Assembly: GCA_050947035.1 (NCBI GenBank)
Contig: JBMNVW010000003.1
Span: 25,992-89,991 of the forward strand
DNA length: 64,000 bases
Origin: Patescibacteria group bacterium
GTDB taxonomy: Bacteria; Patescibacteriota; Microgenomatia; 0-14-0-10-38-17
Direction of reading: 5' to 3'
Positions 38,913-47,413 of the stretch are shown here, in pieces. The translations under genes and the position numbers were made by a program. The first letter of the stretch is position 1. The number at the start of each line of letters is the position of its first letter. Under the pieces are notes generated by a model. That model had not been told where the DNA came from. It did not search any database and was given only the letters and a program-made list of their open reading frames with translations.

Positions 38913-39491
38913 ATGGCCAAACTTTCTATTGCCGATTTTAAACCCGGAGAAGTCCTAATCTTTCGTGGTGAACCCTTTGTGATTTTGTCGATTAGATCCA
39001 AACATTTGGGTCGGGGTGGAGCAATTTATCGCACTAAGATGAAAGGTTTAAAAAGTGGGACAGTTTTGGAAGAAGCTTTTCGGCCAACCGATAAATTTGC
39101 TACAGTTGATCTGTCTTTGGAAACCATGAATTTCATGTATCGGGCCGGCGATGAGGCTTTTTTTATGCACCCTCGCACCTATGAGCAAATTAATTTGTCG
39201 ATAAAAAAGATTGGTGATTTTTCTCGATTTTTGAAAGAAGGGGAAAAATATCGTTTGCAGTTTGTGGCCGATGAGCTAGTGGGAATTCTGCCTCCGGCTA
39301 AGGTTAAGCGTCGAGTTGTCCGAGCGCCTGAGGCGGTGGCGGGCAATACGGCCGTTTCGGCCACCAAGAAGGTGATGGTTGAGGGTAATATTGAAGTGGA
39401 GACACCTCTTTTTATTAAAACCGGCGATACTATTATTATCAGAACCGAAGACGAAACTTATGTTAGCAAAGCCCAAGAGGAGAAAAAATAA
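38913..39491 (+). CDS. efp: elongation factor P
   Basis: HLGRGGA loop, TYEQI, GNTA and PLFIKTGD. Confidence 0.9.
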   Translation: MAKLSIADFKPGEVLIFRGEPFVILSIRSKHLGRGGAIYRTKMKGLKSGTVLEEAFRPTDKFATVDLSLETMNFMYRAGDEAFFMHPRTYEQINLSIKKIGDFSRFLKEGEKYRLQFVADELVGILPPAKVKRRVVRAPEAVAGNTAVSATKKVMVEGNIEVETPLFIKTGDTIIIRTEDETYVSKAQEEKK

Positions 39492-39502
39492 CCCCATCTA
39501 TT

Positions 39503-40717
39503 ATGGATTATAAAGACTTAACCGGTCAGGTTTTATCAGTTGCCCAATTTAACAAATTAATTAATGAGATTATTTCTCCTCTTCAGGTTGTTGTTGAGGG
39601 AGAACTGGCTCAAATTAATACTAGCTCTGGTCGTTGGTTTTTTGCCACCCTAAAAGACGATCAGGCCAGTGTTAATCTTTTTTCTCCCCAAGATCGTCTT
39701 CCCAACTGGCAAGTATTACAAGAGGGAATGAGGGTTAGGGTAGATGGCTGGCCAAGACTTTATCAAAAAAATGGCCGTTTTTCTTTATTTGCTCGATCAA
39801 TCCAGCCGGCCGGAAAAGGAGCCCTGAAAGAAGCTTATGAGAAATTAAAAAAGGAATTGGCGCTTTTGGGATATTTTGATCCGGCCAGAAAAAGAAAGCC
39901 CCCTCGTTTTATTAGAAAAATTGGCTTAATTACTGCCCCTGATTCTCGAGCCTATTCTGATTTTGTTACCGTTTTAGCCAACCAGCCGGCCGGGATAGAA
40001 GTTAATTTTTATCCTGTTTTAGTTCAAGGAGATAAGGCGATTGATCAAATTAGGCAGGCCCTGACCTTTTTTAATAATCACAAGCCCTTAGAGTATGATC
40101 TTTTAATTTTGACTCGAGGTGGTGGTAGTCTGGAAGATTTATTACCCTTTAACAGTCGGGCCCTAGTTGAGGCCATTTATGGGAGCAGGATTCCTGTTTT
40201 AGCGGCGATTGGCCATGAGGCTGATGACTGTTTAGTTGATTTGGTGGCCGATTTACGGGCCCCGACGCCAACGGCCGCCGCTGAGATAATCAACCAGTAT
40301 AATAAAGAAAATCTTTTAGAAATTGACAACTTGTCCTCTTCCTTAGTTGATTCTTACCAGGAGATAATTTTTTTACAAAAAAATAATTTGATAAGATTGG
40401 TTAATTCTCTAAATCTTTTTTATCAAACCCAATTTCAAGAAACAGCTTTATTGTTAAGTCGTTTTGCTAATGGCATTGGTTCTTTTTTGAGCCAAATCCA
40501 ATATCAAAAAAAGGCTCTTTATTCGCTAGAGAAGTTGCTATTAAGTTTTGATCACCAAGCCATTTTAAAGCGAGGGTTTAGCCTGACCCTAAACAATCGT
40601 GCTAAAATAATTAAGAGTTCTGATCAGGTTTCTTTAGGGGAAGAAATTATTACTCGGTTTTGGCAAGGACAGATAACCTCAGAAATTAAGAAAAAAAATG
40701 ACAACCAAGAAAGTTAA
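39503..40717 (+). CDS. xseA: exodeoxyribonuclease VII large subunit
   Basis: RGGGSLEDL, AIGHE and RAPTPTAAAE motifs. Confidence 0.95.
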   Translation: MDYKDLTGQVLSVAQFNKLINEIISPLQVVVEGELAQINTSSGRWFFATLKDDQASVNLFSPQDRLPNWQVLQEGMRVRVDGWPRLYQKNGRFSLFARSIQPAGKGALKEAYEKLKKELALLGYFDPARKRKPPRFIRKIGLITAPDSRAYSDFVTVLANQPAGIEVNFYPVLVQGDKAIDQIRQALTFFNNHKPLEYDLLILTRGGGSLEDLLPFNSRALVEAIYGSRIPVLAAIGHEADDCLVDLVADLRAPTPTAAAEIINQYNKENLLEIDNLSSSLVDSYQEIIFLQKNNLIRLVNSLNLFYQTQFQETALLLSRFANGIGSFLSQIQYQKKALYSLEKLLLSFDHQAILKRGFSLTLNNRAKIIKSSDQVSLGEEIITRFWQGQITSEIKKKNDNQES

Positions 40718-40916
40718 CCAGCAAGACTTATCAGAAGCCTTTGGCAAATTAGAAAAAATTGCCGAGGAGTTTGAGAAAGGGGAAGTTGATCTAGAAGAGG
40801 GGATTGCCAAACTTGAGACAGGCTTGGAGCTGGCCGCCTTTTTGAAAAAACAATTGTCTAAGATGGAAAATAAAGTGACTAAGATTAAAGAAAAATACCA
40901 GGAAATTGACGATTAG
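40698..40916 (+). CDS. xseB: exodeoxyribonuclease VII small subunit
   Basis: LEKIAEEFEKGEVDLEEG; follows xseA. Confidence 0.9.
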   Translation: MTTKKVNQQDLSEAFGKLEKIAEEFEKGEVDLEEGIAKLETGLELAAFLKKQLSKMENKVTKIKEKYQEIDD

Positions 40917-41025
40917 CAGTTTTTATGTTAGACTGCTAAATAACTCATTAAATTAGCCTCTTTTGTCTTAATCTTCTAAAAAAGAGAGCAAATTTTAAAA
41001 CGAATTTTTATAAAATAATTTTTTT

Positions 41026-43410
41026 ATGTCTCTGATTTTAAAACCAGAAAAGAAAAACCAAGAACAAAAAGAAATGACCGTTGTTGCTCTTAGAGATACG
41101 GTTATTTTCCCTCGTACCGAGGCAACGCTTACCTTTGGCCGACCTCAATCAGTAGCGGCAGTTAATCAGGCTTATAAAGAGAAAAAGGCTGTTTTGTTAG
41201 TTTGCCAAAAAAACCCTCGAGTTAATAATCCCGACCAAGACGACCTTTATCAAATTGGCACTATTGCTAAAATTGATAATATCTTAAAGTCTGGTAAGGC
41301 TATTTATGTTATTGTCAGAGGGGAAAGTCGGGCTCGTCTAGAAAGTCTTTCTCAGAAAAAACCCTTTTTAGCCGGACAAATTAGCTCCTTACCAAAAGGG
41401 AAAATTGCCTCTGGAAAAGATATTAATGTTTTGGCTGGGCTTTTAATTGAGCAGTTAAAGAAAGCGATGAGTTTGGGTAAACCGGTTGATCCTCAAGCTT
41501 TGGGTAATTTGTCTTCAGATGACCCTCAGGAACTGGTTAATCGAATTGCCATGGTGGTGGAGATTTCTGGTAAAGACAAACAGTCTTTATTGGAAATTGA
41601 TGATTTGGCCAAGCGAGCCAAAAAAGTGGTTGAATATTTGGTCCAAGAGATTAAAATTTTGGAGCTTGATCAAAAGATTAGTTCTAAGGCCCAAGACAAG
41701 TTTGATAAGTCAATGAGGGAGGCAATTTTAAAACAGCGTCGAGAGATGATTGATCGGGAATTAGGGAAAATAGGCTCTAAGTCCGGTAACCCCGAAATTG
41801 AAAAATTAAGAAAAAAAATCTCGGCCAGTAAGATGCCCAAAAAAATTGCCAAAAAAGCCAAATCGGAGCTGTCTCGATTGGCCAAAATGTCGCCCATGAA
41901 CCCGGAAAGTGGCTATATTCATTCTTATTTAGAGTGGTTAACCGACATTCCTTGGGTTAAAAAATCTAAAAGCAACCTTGATATTAAAAAGGCCAAAAAA
42001 ATTCTTGATCAAGACCATTATGGTTTAAAAAAAATTAAAGAGAGAATTTTAGAGCACTTGGCGGTAATTCAGTTGCAAAATAAACAAAAAGAAGAAGCTT
42101 GTTCACCGACCATTCTTTGTTTTATTGGCCCCCCCGGAGTAGGAAAAACTTCGGTTGGTAAGTCAATCGCTCGAGCAATGGGAAGAGAGTTTGTTCGTAT
42201 TTCTTTGGGGGGCTTGCGAGATGAAGCCGAAATTAGAGGTCATAGAAGGACTTATGTTGGTGCTTTGCCGGGGCGCTTGATTCAGGGCATGAAAGAGGCG
42301 GGGACAATTAATCCGGTTTTTATGTTGGATGAGATCGACAAGGTGGGCAATGATTTTCGTGGCGACCCGTCGGCGGCCCTATTGGAAGCTTTGGATCCAG
42401 AGCAAAACAAGGAGTTTTCCGATCATTATTTGGGAGTGCCCTATGATTTGTCCCAAGTCTTTTTTATTACTACCGGCAATGTTTTAGACACTATTCCGCC
42501 GGCTCTTCGAGATCGAATGGAAATAATTCGTTTTCCCGGCTATACCGGTGAAGAAAAATACCATATTGCCAAAGACTATCTTTGGTCCAAAGAGACCCAA
42601 AACCGTGGGTTAGGCAAAAATAAATTTAAATTAACAACAAAAGCCTATTACGAAATTATCGATCGTTATACTAAAGAAGCTGGAGTTCGTCAGTTGCAAA
42701 GAGAGATGGCTCGTTTAGCTAGAAAATTGGCTAGAGAAATTGCTGAAGGAAAAAAGATGGAGGAAAAGATTGGCGTTAATCGGGTCCGTTCTTTGTTCGG
42801 GCCAGCCCAATTTTCTAAAACTGCTGCCGATAGTCAGGATGAGATTGGTAAGGCCACTGGTTTGGCTTGGACTCAGGCAGGAGGAGAAATTTTGTTTATC
42901 GAAGTGGCTCTAATGCCCGGCAAAGGGAAAGTTTTATTAACGGGGAAATTGGGCGATGTGATGAAGGAATCTTGTCGAGCGGCTATTTCTTACGTCCGCT
43001 CCCATTGGCAGATCTATAAGCTAAAGAAGGATTTTGCCGAAAAAATTGATATTCATGTTCACGTGCCAGAGGGGGCGGTTTCTAAGGATGGTCCCTCAGC
43101 TGGTGTGGCTATTGCCTCGGCGGTTGTTTCGGCTTTAACCAAAAAACCCCTAAAGCACGAAATCGGCATGACCGGAGAGATCACCCTTCGCGGACGAGTT
43201 TTGGAGATTGGTGGGGTAAAGGAAAAGGTTTTAGCTGCCCACAGAGCTGGTCTAAAAACAATAATTTTGCCCAAGAGTAATAAAAAGGACCTGGAAGATA
43301 TTCCTTCTCGAATCAAGAAAGAGTTAGAGTTTATTTTTGCTGAACATCTAAGTCAGGTTCTTGATCAAGCTTTGGTAAAGAAAAAACCTGACAAAACAAA
43401 GTCTTCTTAA
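41026..43410 (+). CDS. lon: Lon protease
   Basis: GPPGVGKTS, RGHRRTYVGALPG and KDGPSAG motifs. Confidence 0.98.
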   Translation: MSLILKPEKKNQEQKEMTVVALRDTVIFPRTEATLTFGRPQSVAAVNQAYKEKKAVLLVCQKNPRVNNPDQDDLYQIGTIAKIDNILKSGKAIYVIVRGESRARLESLSQKKPFLAGQISSLPKGKIASGKDINVLAGLLIEQLKKAMSLGKPVDPQALGNLSSDDPQELVNRIAMVVEISGKDKQSLLEIDDLAKRAKKVVEYLVQEIKILELDQKISSKAQDKFDKSMREAILKQRREMIDRELGKIGSKSGNPEIEKLRKKISASKMPKKIAKKAKSELSRLAKMSPMNPESGYIHSYLEWLTDIPWVKKSKSNLDIKKAKKILDQDHYGLKKIKERILEHLAVIQLQNKQKEEACSPTILCFIGPPGVGKTSVGKSIARAMGREFVRISLGGLRDEAEIRGHRRTYVGALPGRLIQGMKEAGTINPVFMLDEIDKVGNDFRGDPSAALLEALDPEQNKEFSDHYLGVPYDLSQVFFITTGNVLDTIPPALRDRMEIIRFPGYTGEEKYHIAKDYLWSKETQNRGLGKNKFKLTTKAYYEIIDRYTKEAGVRQLQREMARLARKLAREIAEGKKMEEKIGVNRVRSLFGPAQFSKTAADSQDEIGKATGLAWTQAGGEILFIEVALMPGKGKVLLTGKLGDVMKESCRAAISYVRSHWQIYKLKKDFAEKIDIHVHVPEGAVSKDGPSAGVAIASAVVSALTKKPLKHEIGMTGEITLRGRVLEIGGVKEKVLAAHRAGLKTIILPKSNKKDLEDIPSRIKKELEFIFAEHLSQVLDQALVKKKPDKTKSS

Positions 43411-43579
43411 AGCAAATTGATTAATGTTAACTTCCGAGGTATAATATTAGCTATAGGTCTTATTTCAAGAGACCGTTTTCATTCTTAAAAACAAAAAACC
43501 AAGCTGATAAGCCAGCGACTGTTTTTTTGTTTTGAACTTTTATAAACAGGCGGTAGGAAGTTTCTTCTAGGAGGAAAAA

Positions 43580-43957
43580 ATGAAGAAAAGAGGAAGAACC
43601 GGGTGTTGGTTTGTTTTTTTGATTTTGTTATTTATTGTTTGCTACGTGTTTATTAACACCTTTTGGCAACCCCTCTCGGAAGGAACGAGGGTAAAAATTA
43701 ACGGCAAGGGTTATTTTAATCCCCTTTGCTGCGGCGATTATCCGTTCGAGAACTGGAGTGGAAGCCAGCGCCGGCAGTGGTGTTGGAACAGAGCCACTCT
43801 AGTGGAAGAAACCATTGGAGTGATTGAGGCCGGAGGGGATTATGAAACCCACTACAGTAGCCGGGGAGGATCGGCCTATAGAGTGGTTTTCACCACTACT
43901 TTAGGTAATCAGAGAACCTTGTGGTTCTCGGTTGATTCTCTAGAAAAGATTGACTAG
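43580..43957 (+). CDS. hypothetical membrane-anchored protein
   Basis: SD AGGAGG, N-terminal TM, 125 aa, no recognised family. Confidence 0.75.
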   Translation: MKKRGRTGCWFVFLILLFIVCYVFINTFWQPLSEGTRVKINGKGYFNPLCCGDYPFENWSGSQRRQWCWNRATLVEETIGVIEAGGDYETHYSSRGGSAYRVVFTTTLGNQRTLWFSVDSLEKID

Positions 43958-44010
43958 GCTTGTAGGGGGTCGTGTTCAAAATTTTGCGTTTTAACGCGAC
44001 CCCCCCAGCC
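43957..44010 (+). terminator. GC-rich hairpin after the orphan gene
   Basis: GGCT..GGGGGTCGTGTT...AACGCGACCCCC..AGCC followed by ATTTTT. Confidence 0.55.
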
Positions 44011-44064
44011 ATTTTTCAATTCTTCCTACCGCCCCTTTTCTTTCCCCAAAGCCTTCTTTTGGAG

Positions 44065-44077
44065 AGATCCTGGATCT
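44065..44077. repeat. AGATCCTGGATCT palindrome
   Basis: Identical 13-mer also at 47390, 49577 and 49611. Confidence 0.75.
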
Positions 44078-44204
44078 ATCACGGCTTATTGTGAGGGTTA
44101 TTTTTGAGGTTCTGGTAAACTCGGCCCAGTTTCAAGCGATCCGGTTTCTTTAGAAATTGATTTTTGTTTCACCAGGATATTTTTTTAGGCTATGGGACTA
44201 AGGA

Positions 44205-44289
44205 TAAATACGACACCGTATTTATTAATAAAAGAATAAAAATATTATTTATCGCTTTATCCTGACAAGTAAATACTTTACCGTATTTA
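44205..44289. repeat. TAAATAC-N6-GTATTTA doublet, 65-bp period (copy 1)
   Basis: TAAATACGACACCGTATTTA at 44205 and TAAATACTTTACCGTATTTA at 44270. Confidence 0.85.
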
Positions 44290-44350
44290 GAAAGAAGAGT
44301 TTACAAATATCCGCTAACAATTTTCTATCGGAATTTTATTTAATGGTTTT

Positions 44351-44483
44351 AAGTAGCCCCAACCAGATTCGAAGATGACACGGACCATTTTCTTGCCGTG
44401 AGGGTTGGTGTAATGACAGCGCGGTTGTTTTTCTTGTTTTGATTGTCAGAATTCTTGACCAGTTCGGATCCGATTGGGCCAAG
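44351..44483 (-). repeat. tRNA-3'-linked element at tRNA-Glu (period 130 bp)
   Basis: 23-bp direct repeat 44351-44373 = 44481-44503; inverted arm 44458-44481; 84-nt core 44374-44457. Confidence 0.9.
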
Positions 44484-44555
44484 TAGCCCCAACCAGATTC
44501 GAACTGGTATTACTAGGATGAGAACCTAGCGTCCTAACCATTAGACGATGGGGCC
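44484..44555 (-). tRNA. tRNA-Glu(CTC)
   Basis: GGCCCCATCGTCTAATGGTTAGGAC...CTAGG-TT-CTC-AT-CCTAG...GTTCGAATC...TGGGGCTA; CCA not encoded. Confidence 0.96.
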
Positions 44556-44720
44556 TTGAGAAAAATTCCTAATTTTTAATGATTTAAATGGCCTAATTAC
44601 TTTTTTTGAAATTTGGGACTTGGGATTTATTTAGAATAATTAAAAACTATTTTCTTAATTATACTAAACCAGCCCCAATTTTACCAAAAAATCGATTTTT
44701 GACTAATCCCAGATTTTAAT

Positions 44721-44749
44721 TTGACAATTGTCAATAAGAATAATATAAT
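44721..44749 (+). promoter_or_regulatory. consensus sigma70 promoter for greA
   Basis: TTGACA-17 nt-TATAAT; the -35 is half of the palindrome TTGACAATTGTCAA. Confidence 0.75.
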
Positions 44750-44860
44750 TTTCTTCACTGTTTTGTGACGCACCCCCTAAAAGGGTCCATTTAATCGGGA
44801 TTTTTCCTTACCTCTTTTTAGTGTTTTTAACAAAAAGATTATTTAATTAAAAATTATTGT

Positions 44861-45322
44861 ATGAATCAAAAAAAGCTAATTACCAAACAAGGACTAGCCG
44901 ATCTTAAGGACAAGCTGGCTAAGCTTGAGGCTCGGCGACCCAAGGTGGTTGATCGAGTAGAAACGGCCAGACAAATGGGCGATTTAAGAGAAAATAGCGA
45001 ATATCATGCCGCCAGAGAGGATTTGGTTCTTTTAGATACTCAAGTTAATGAGCTAAAAGAAATTTTACTTAATGCTAAGGTTGTTGATAAAAATAACGGA
45101 TCATCTTTTGTTTCTTTGGAGAGTCTGGTTACCGTTAAGAACGGTCAAAACAAGAAAATAGATTATCGTGTTGTTGGCGAGCACGAATCTGATCCACTAA
45201 AGGGCAAGATTTCTTATACTTCTCCCTTGGGCCAGGCTCTGATGAATAAAAAAGTTGGTGAAAAGGTGGCTGTTAAAACCCCCAAGGGTAAGAGTAAATA
45301 TGAAATTGTGGCCATTAAATAA
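44861..45322 (+). CDS. greA: transcription elongation factor GreA
   Basis: GDLRENSEYHAA and ISYTSPLGQAL motifs. Confidence 0.96.
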   Translation: MNQKKLITKQGLADLKDKLAKLEARRPKVVDRVETARQMGDLRENSEYHAAREDLVLLDTQVNELKEILLNAKVVDKNNGSSFVSLESLVTVKNGQNKKIDYRVVGEHESDPLKGKISYTSPLGQALMNKKVGEKVAVKTPKGKSKYEIVAIK

Positions 45323-45352
45323 GTCTTCTTTGTATGATAAACTAATAGCCAA

Positions 45353-46798
45353 ATGGCTGGTCGTTTAGAAAACATTAAAGAAGAAAGGATTGCCAAACTT
45401 AAAAGGCTTCGTTCTTTAGGAATTGATCCTTATCCTCCCCGCTCTCCAAAACATGATTTAATTATTAAGGCCCGGAAAAAAACCGGTCAAAAAACGACCG
45501 TAGTAGGAAGAGCGATGGCCTGGCGGGCTCATGGTGGGATGACCTTTGCCGATTTAAAAGATAGTTCAGGCCAGATTCAGCTGGCTTTTTTTTCTGATGA
45601 TTTGCCAGAAAAAGCCTATCAACAACTCGAGTTGTTGGATATTGGTGATTTTTTGGCCGTTTCCGGTTTGGTTTTTAAGACTAAACGAGGCGAAATAACC
45701 GTGCGAGTCTCCTCTTGGCAAATTTTGGCCAAATCGCTAAGGCCGCTGCCCAATAAGTGGGAGGGGCTGCAAGATGTTGAAACTCGTTCGCGTAAAAGAT
45801 ATTTAGATCTTCTTGTTAACGAACAGTCACGAAAAACCTTTATTTTAAGAAGCCAAATCGTTAGGGCAATGAGAGAAATTCTAGACGATGAGGGCTTTAT
45901 GGAAGTAGAAACTCCCACTCTTCAACCAATTTATGGTGGCGCCTCGGCCCAGCCTTTTGTTACTCACCACAATACCCTTGACGCCGATCTTTATTTAAAA
46001 ATTTCTGACGAGCTTTATTTGAAACGCTTGATTATTGGTGGCTTAGATAAAGTTTATGAAATTGATCATAATTTTAGAAATGAGGGGGTTGATAAAAGTC
46101 ATAATCCGGAATTTACTCTGATGGAATGCTATTGGGCTTATGCTGATTACAACGATATGATGGATTTGACGGAAAAGATTTATTCTCAAATTGCCCAAAA
46201 AGTTTTAGGAACAACAAAAATTGTTTTTGGGAAACAAAAAATTGATCTTAAAACCCCTTGGCCCAGGCTGTCGATGTTTGCGGCGATCGAAAAATATTTG
46301 GGTTGGAATCCAGAAGAAATCTCTGACCAGGAACTAAAAGAAAAGCTGGCCCAGAAAGGAGAAGAGCTGGTTAATGGTTATAATCGGGGCTTGGCGATAG
46401 CCAAAATTTTTGAGGAAGTTGAACCCCAATTAAAGGGGCCAATTTTTATTACCGATTTTCCTAAAGAGACCACTTCTCTTTGCAAGCTAAAACCGGATAA
46501 CCCGGATTTAGTTGAGCGTTTTGAACCTTACATCGCCGGTTTTGAGATTGGCAATGCTTATTCAGAGCTAAATGATCCGCTTTTACAACGTCAGTTTTTT
46601 GAGGAGCAAGTAAAAATGCGAGAAGCCGGCGATAAAGAAGCCTCACCCATGGATGAAGATTTTTTGGAAGCGATGGAGCATGGTATGCCTCCAACTGGAG
46701 GCTTGGGCCTGGGCGTTGATCGATTAGTGATGCTTTTGACCGGTCAGGAAAATATTCGCGATGTAATTCTTTTTCCCACTCTTAAGCCAAAAAAATGA
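45353..46798 (+). CDS. lysS: lysine--tRNA ligase (class II)
   Basis: YGGASAQPF, FRNEG, HNPEF and GMPPTGGLGLGVDR motifs. Confidence 0.97.
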   Translation: MAGRLENIKEERIAKLKRLRSLGIDPYPPRSPKHDLIIKARKKTGQKTTVVGRAMAWRAHGGMTFADLKDSSGQIQLAFFSDDLPEKAYQQLELLDIGDFLAVSGLVFKTKRGEITVRVSSWQILAKSLRPLPNKWEGLQDVETRSRKRYLDLLVNEQSRKTFILRSQIVRAMREILDDEGFMEVETPTLQPIYGGASAQPFVTHHNTLDADLYLKISDELYLKRLIIGGLDKVYEIDHNFRNEGVDKSHNPEFTLMECYWAYADYNDMMDLTEKIYSQIAQKVLGTTKIVFGKQKIDLKTPWPRLSMFAAIEKYLGWNPEEISDQELKEKLAQKGEELVNGYNRGLAIAKIFEEVEPQLKGPIFITDFPKETTSLCKLKPDNPDLVERFEPYIAGFEIGNAYSELNDPLLQRQFFEEQVKMREAGDKEASPMDEDFLEAMEHGMPPTGGLGLGVDRLVMLLTGQENIRDVILFPTLKPKK

Positions 46799-47355
46799 AC
46801 AGAGACCAAATTTTAGCGATTATTAAGCGTCGAGTTGATAACGAAAATATTATTAAGCACATGTTGGCCATGGAGGCTTTTATGAGAGGTTTGGCCCGGC
46901 ATTTGGACAAGGATGAGAAAGCTTGGGGTTTGGCCGGTCTAGTTCATGATATAGACTATAATGACCAAACTTCCCCCCAAGAACATGGCTTAAAAACAAG
47001 AGAAATTTTAGCTGAAGAAAAAATAGATTTGTCAGGCGATATTCTTCAAGCCGTTGCGGCCCATAATTGGCACAATAATGGAGTTAAACCAAAGACCCTA
47101 ATGGATTGGGCCTTGTTTTGTGGCGACTCATTAACAGGCTTGGTTGTTGCTTGTGCTCTGGTAAGACCGGATAAAAAATTATCCTCGGTTACGGTGGAAT
47201 CAGTTTTAAAAAAATTTCCTCAAAAGCGTTTTGCCGCTGGCACCAGAAGAGAAGACATTAAAATGTGCCAGGATAAATTAGGGATTTCTTTGAAAGAATT
47301 TGTTAAAATTGCTCTTGAATCAATGCAAGAAATAAGTGAAGAGTTAGGTTTATAA
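46795..47355 (+). CDS. HD-domain phosphohydrolase
   Basis: KHMLA, LVHDID, ALVRP and FAAG motifs. Confidence 0.88.
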   Translation: MNRDQILAIIKRRVDNENIIKHMLAMEAFMRGLARHLDKDEKAWGLAGLVHDIDYNDQTSPQEHGLKTREILAEEKIDLSGDILQAVAAHNWHNNGVKPKTLMDWALFCGDSLTGLVVACALVRPDKKLSSVTVESVLKKFPQKRFAAGTRREDIKMCQDKLGISLKEFVKIALESMQEISEELGL

Positions 47356-47413
47356 AAAACTATAGGAAATTCAGCCTAAGATTATTAATAGATCCTGGAT
47401 CTCTATCAATATT

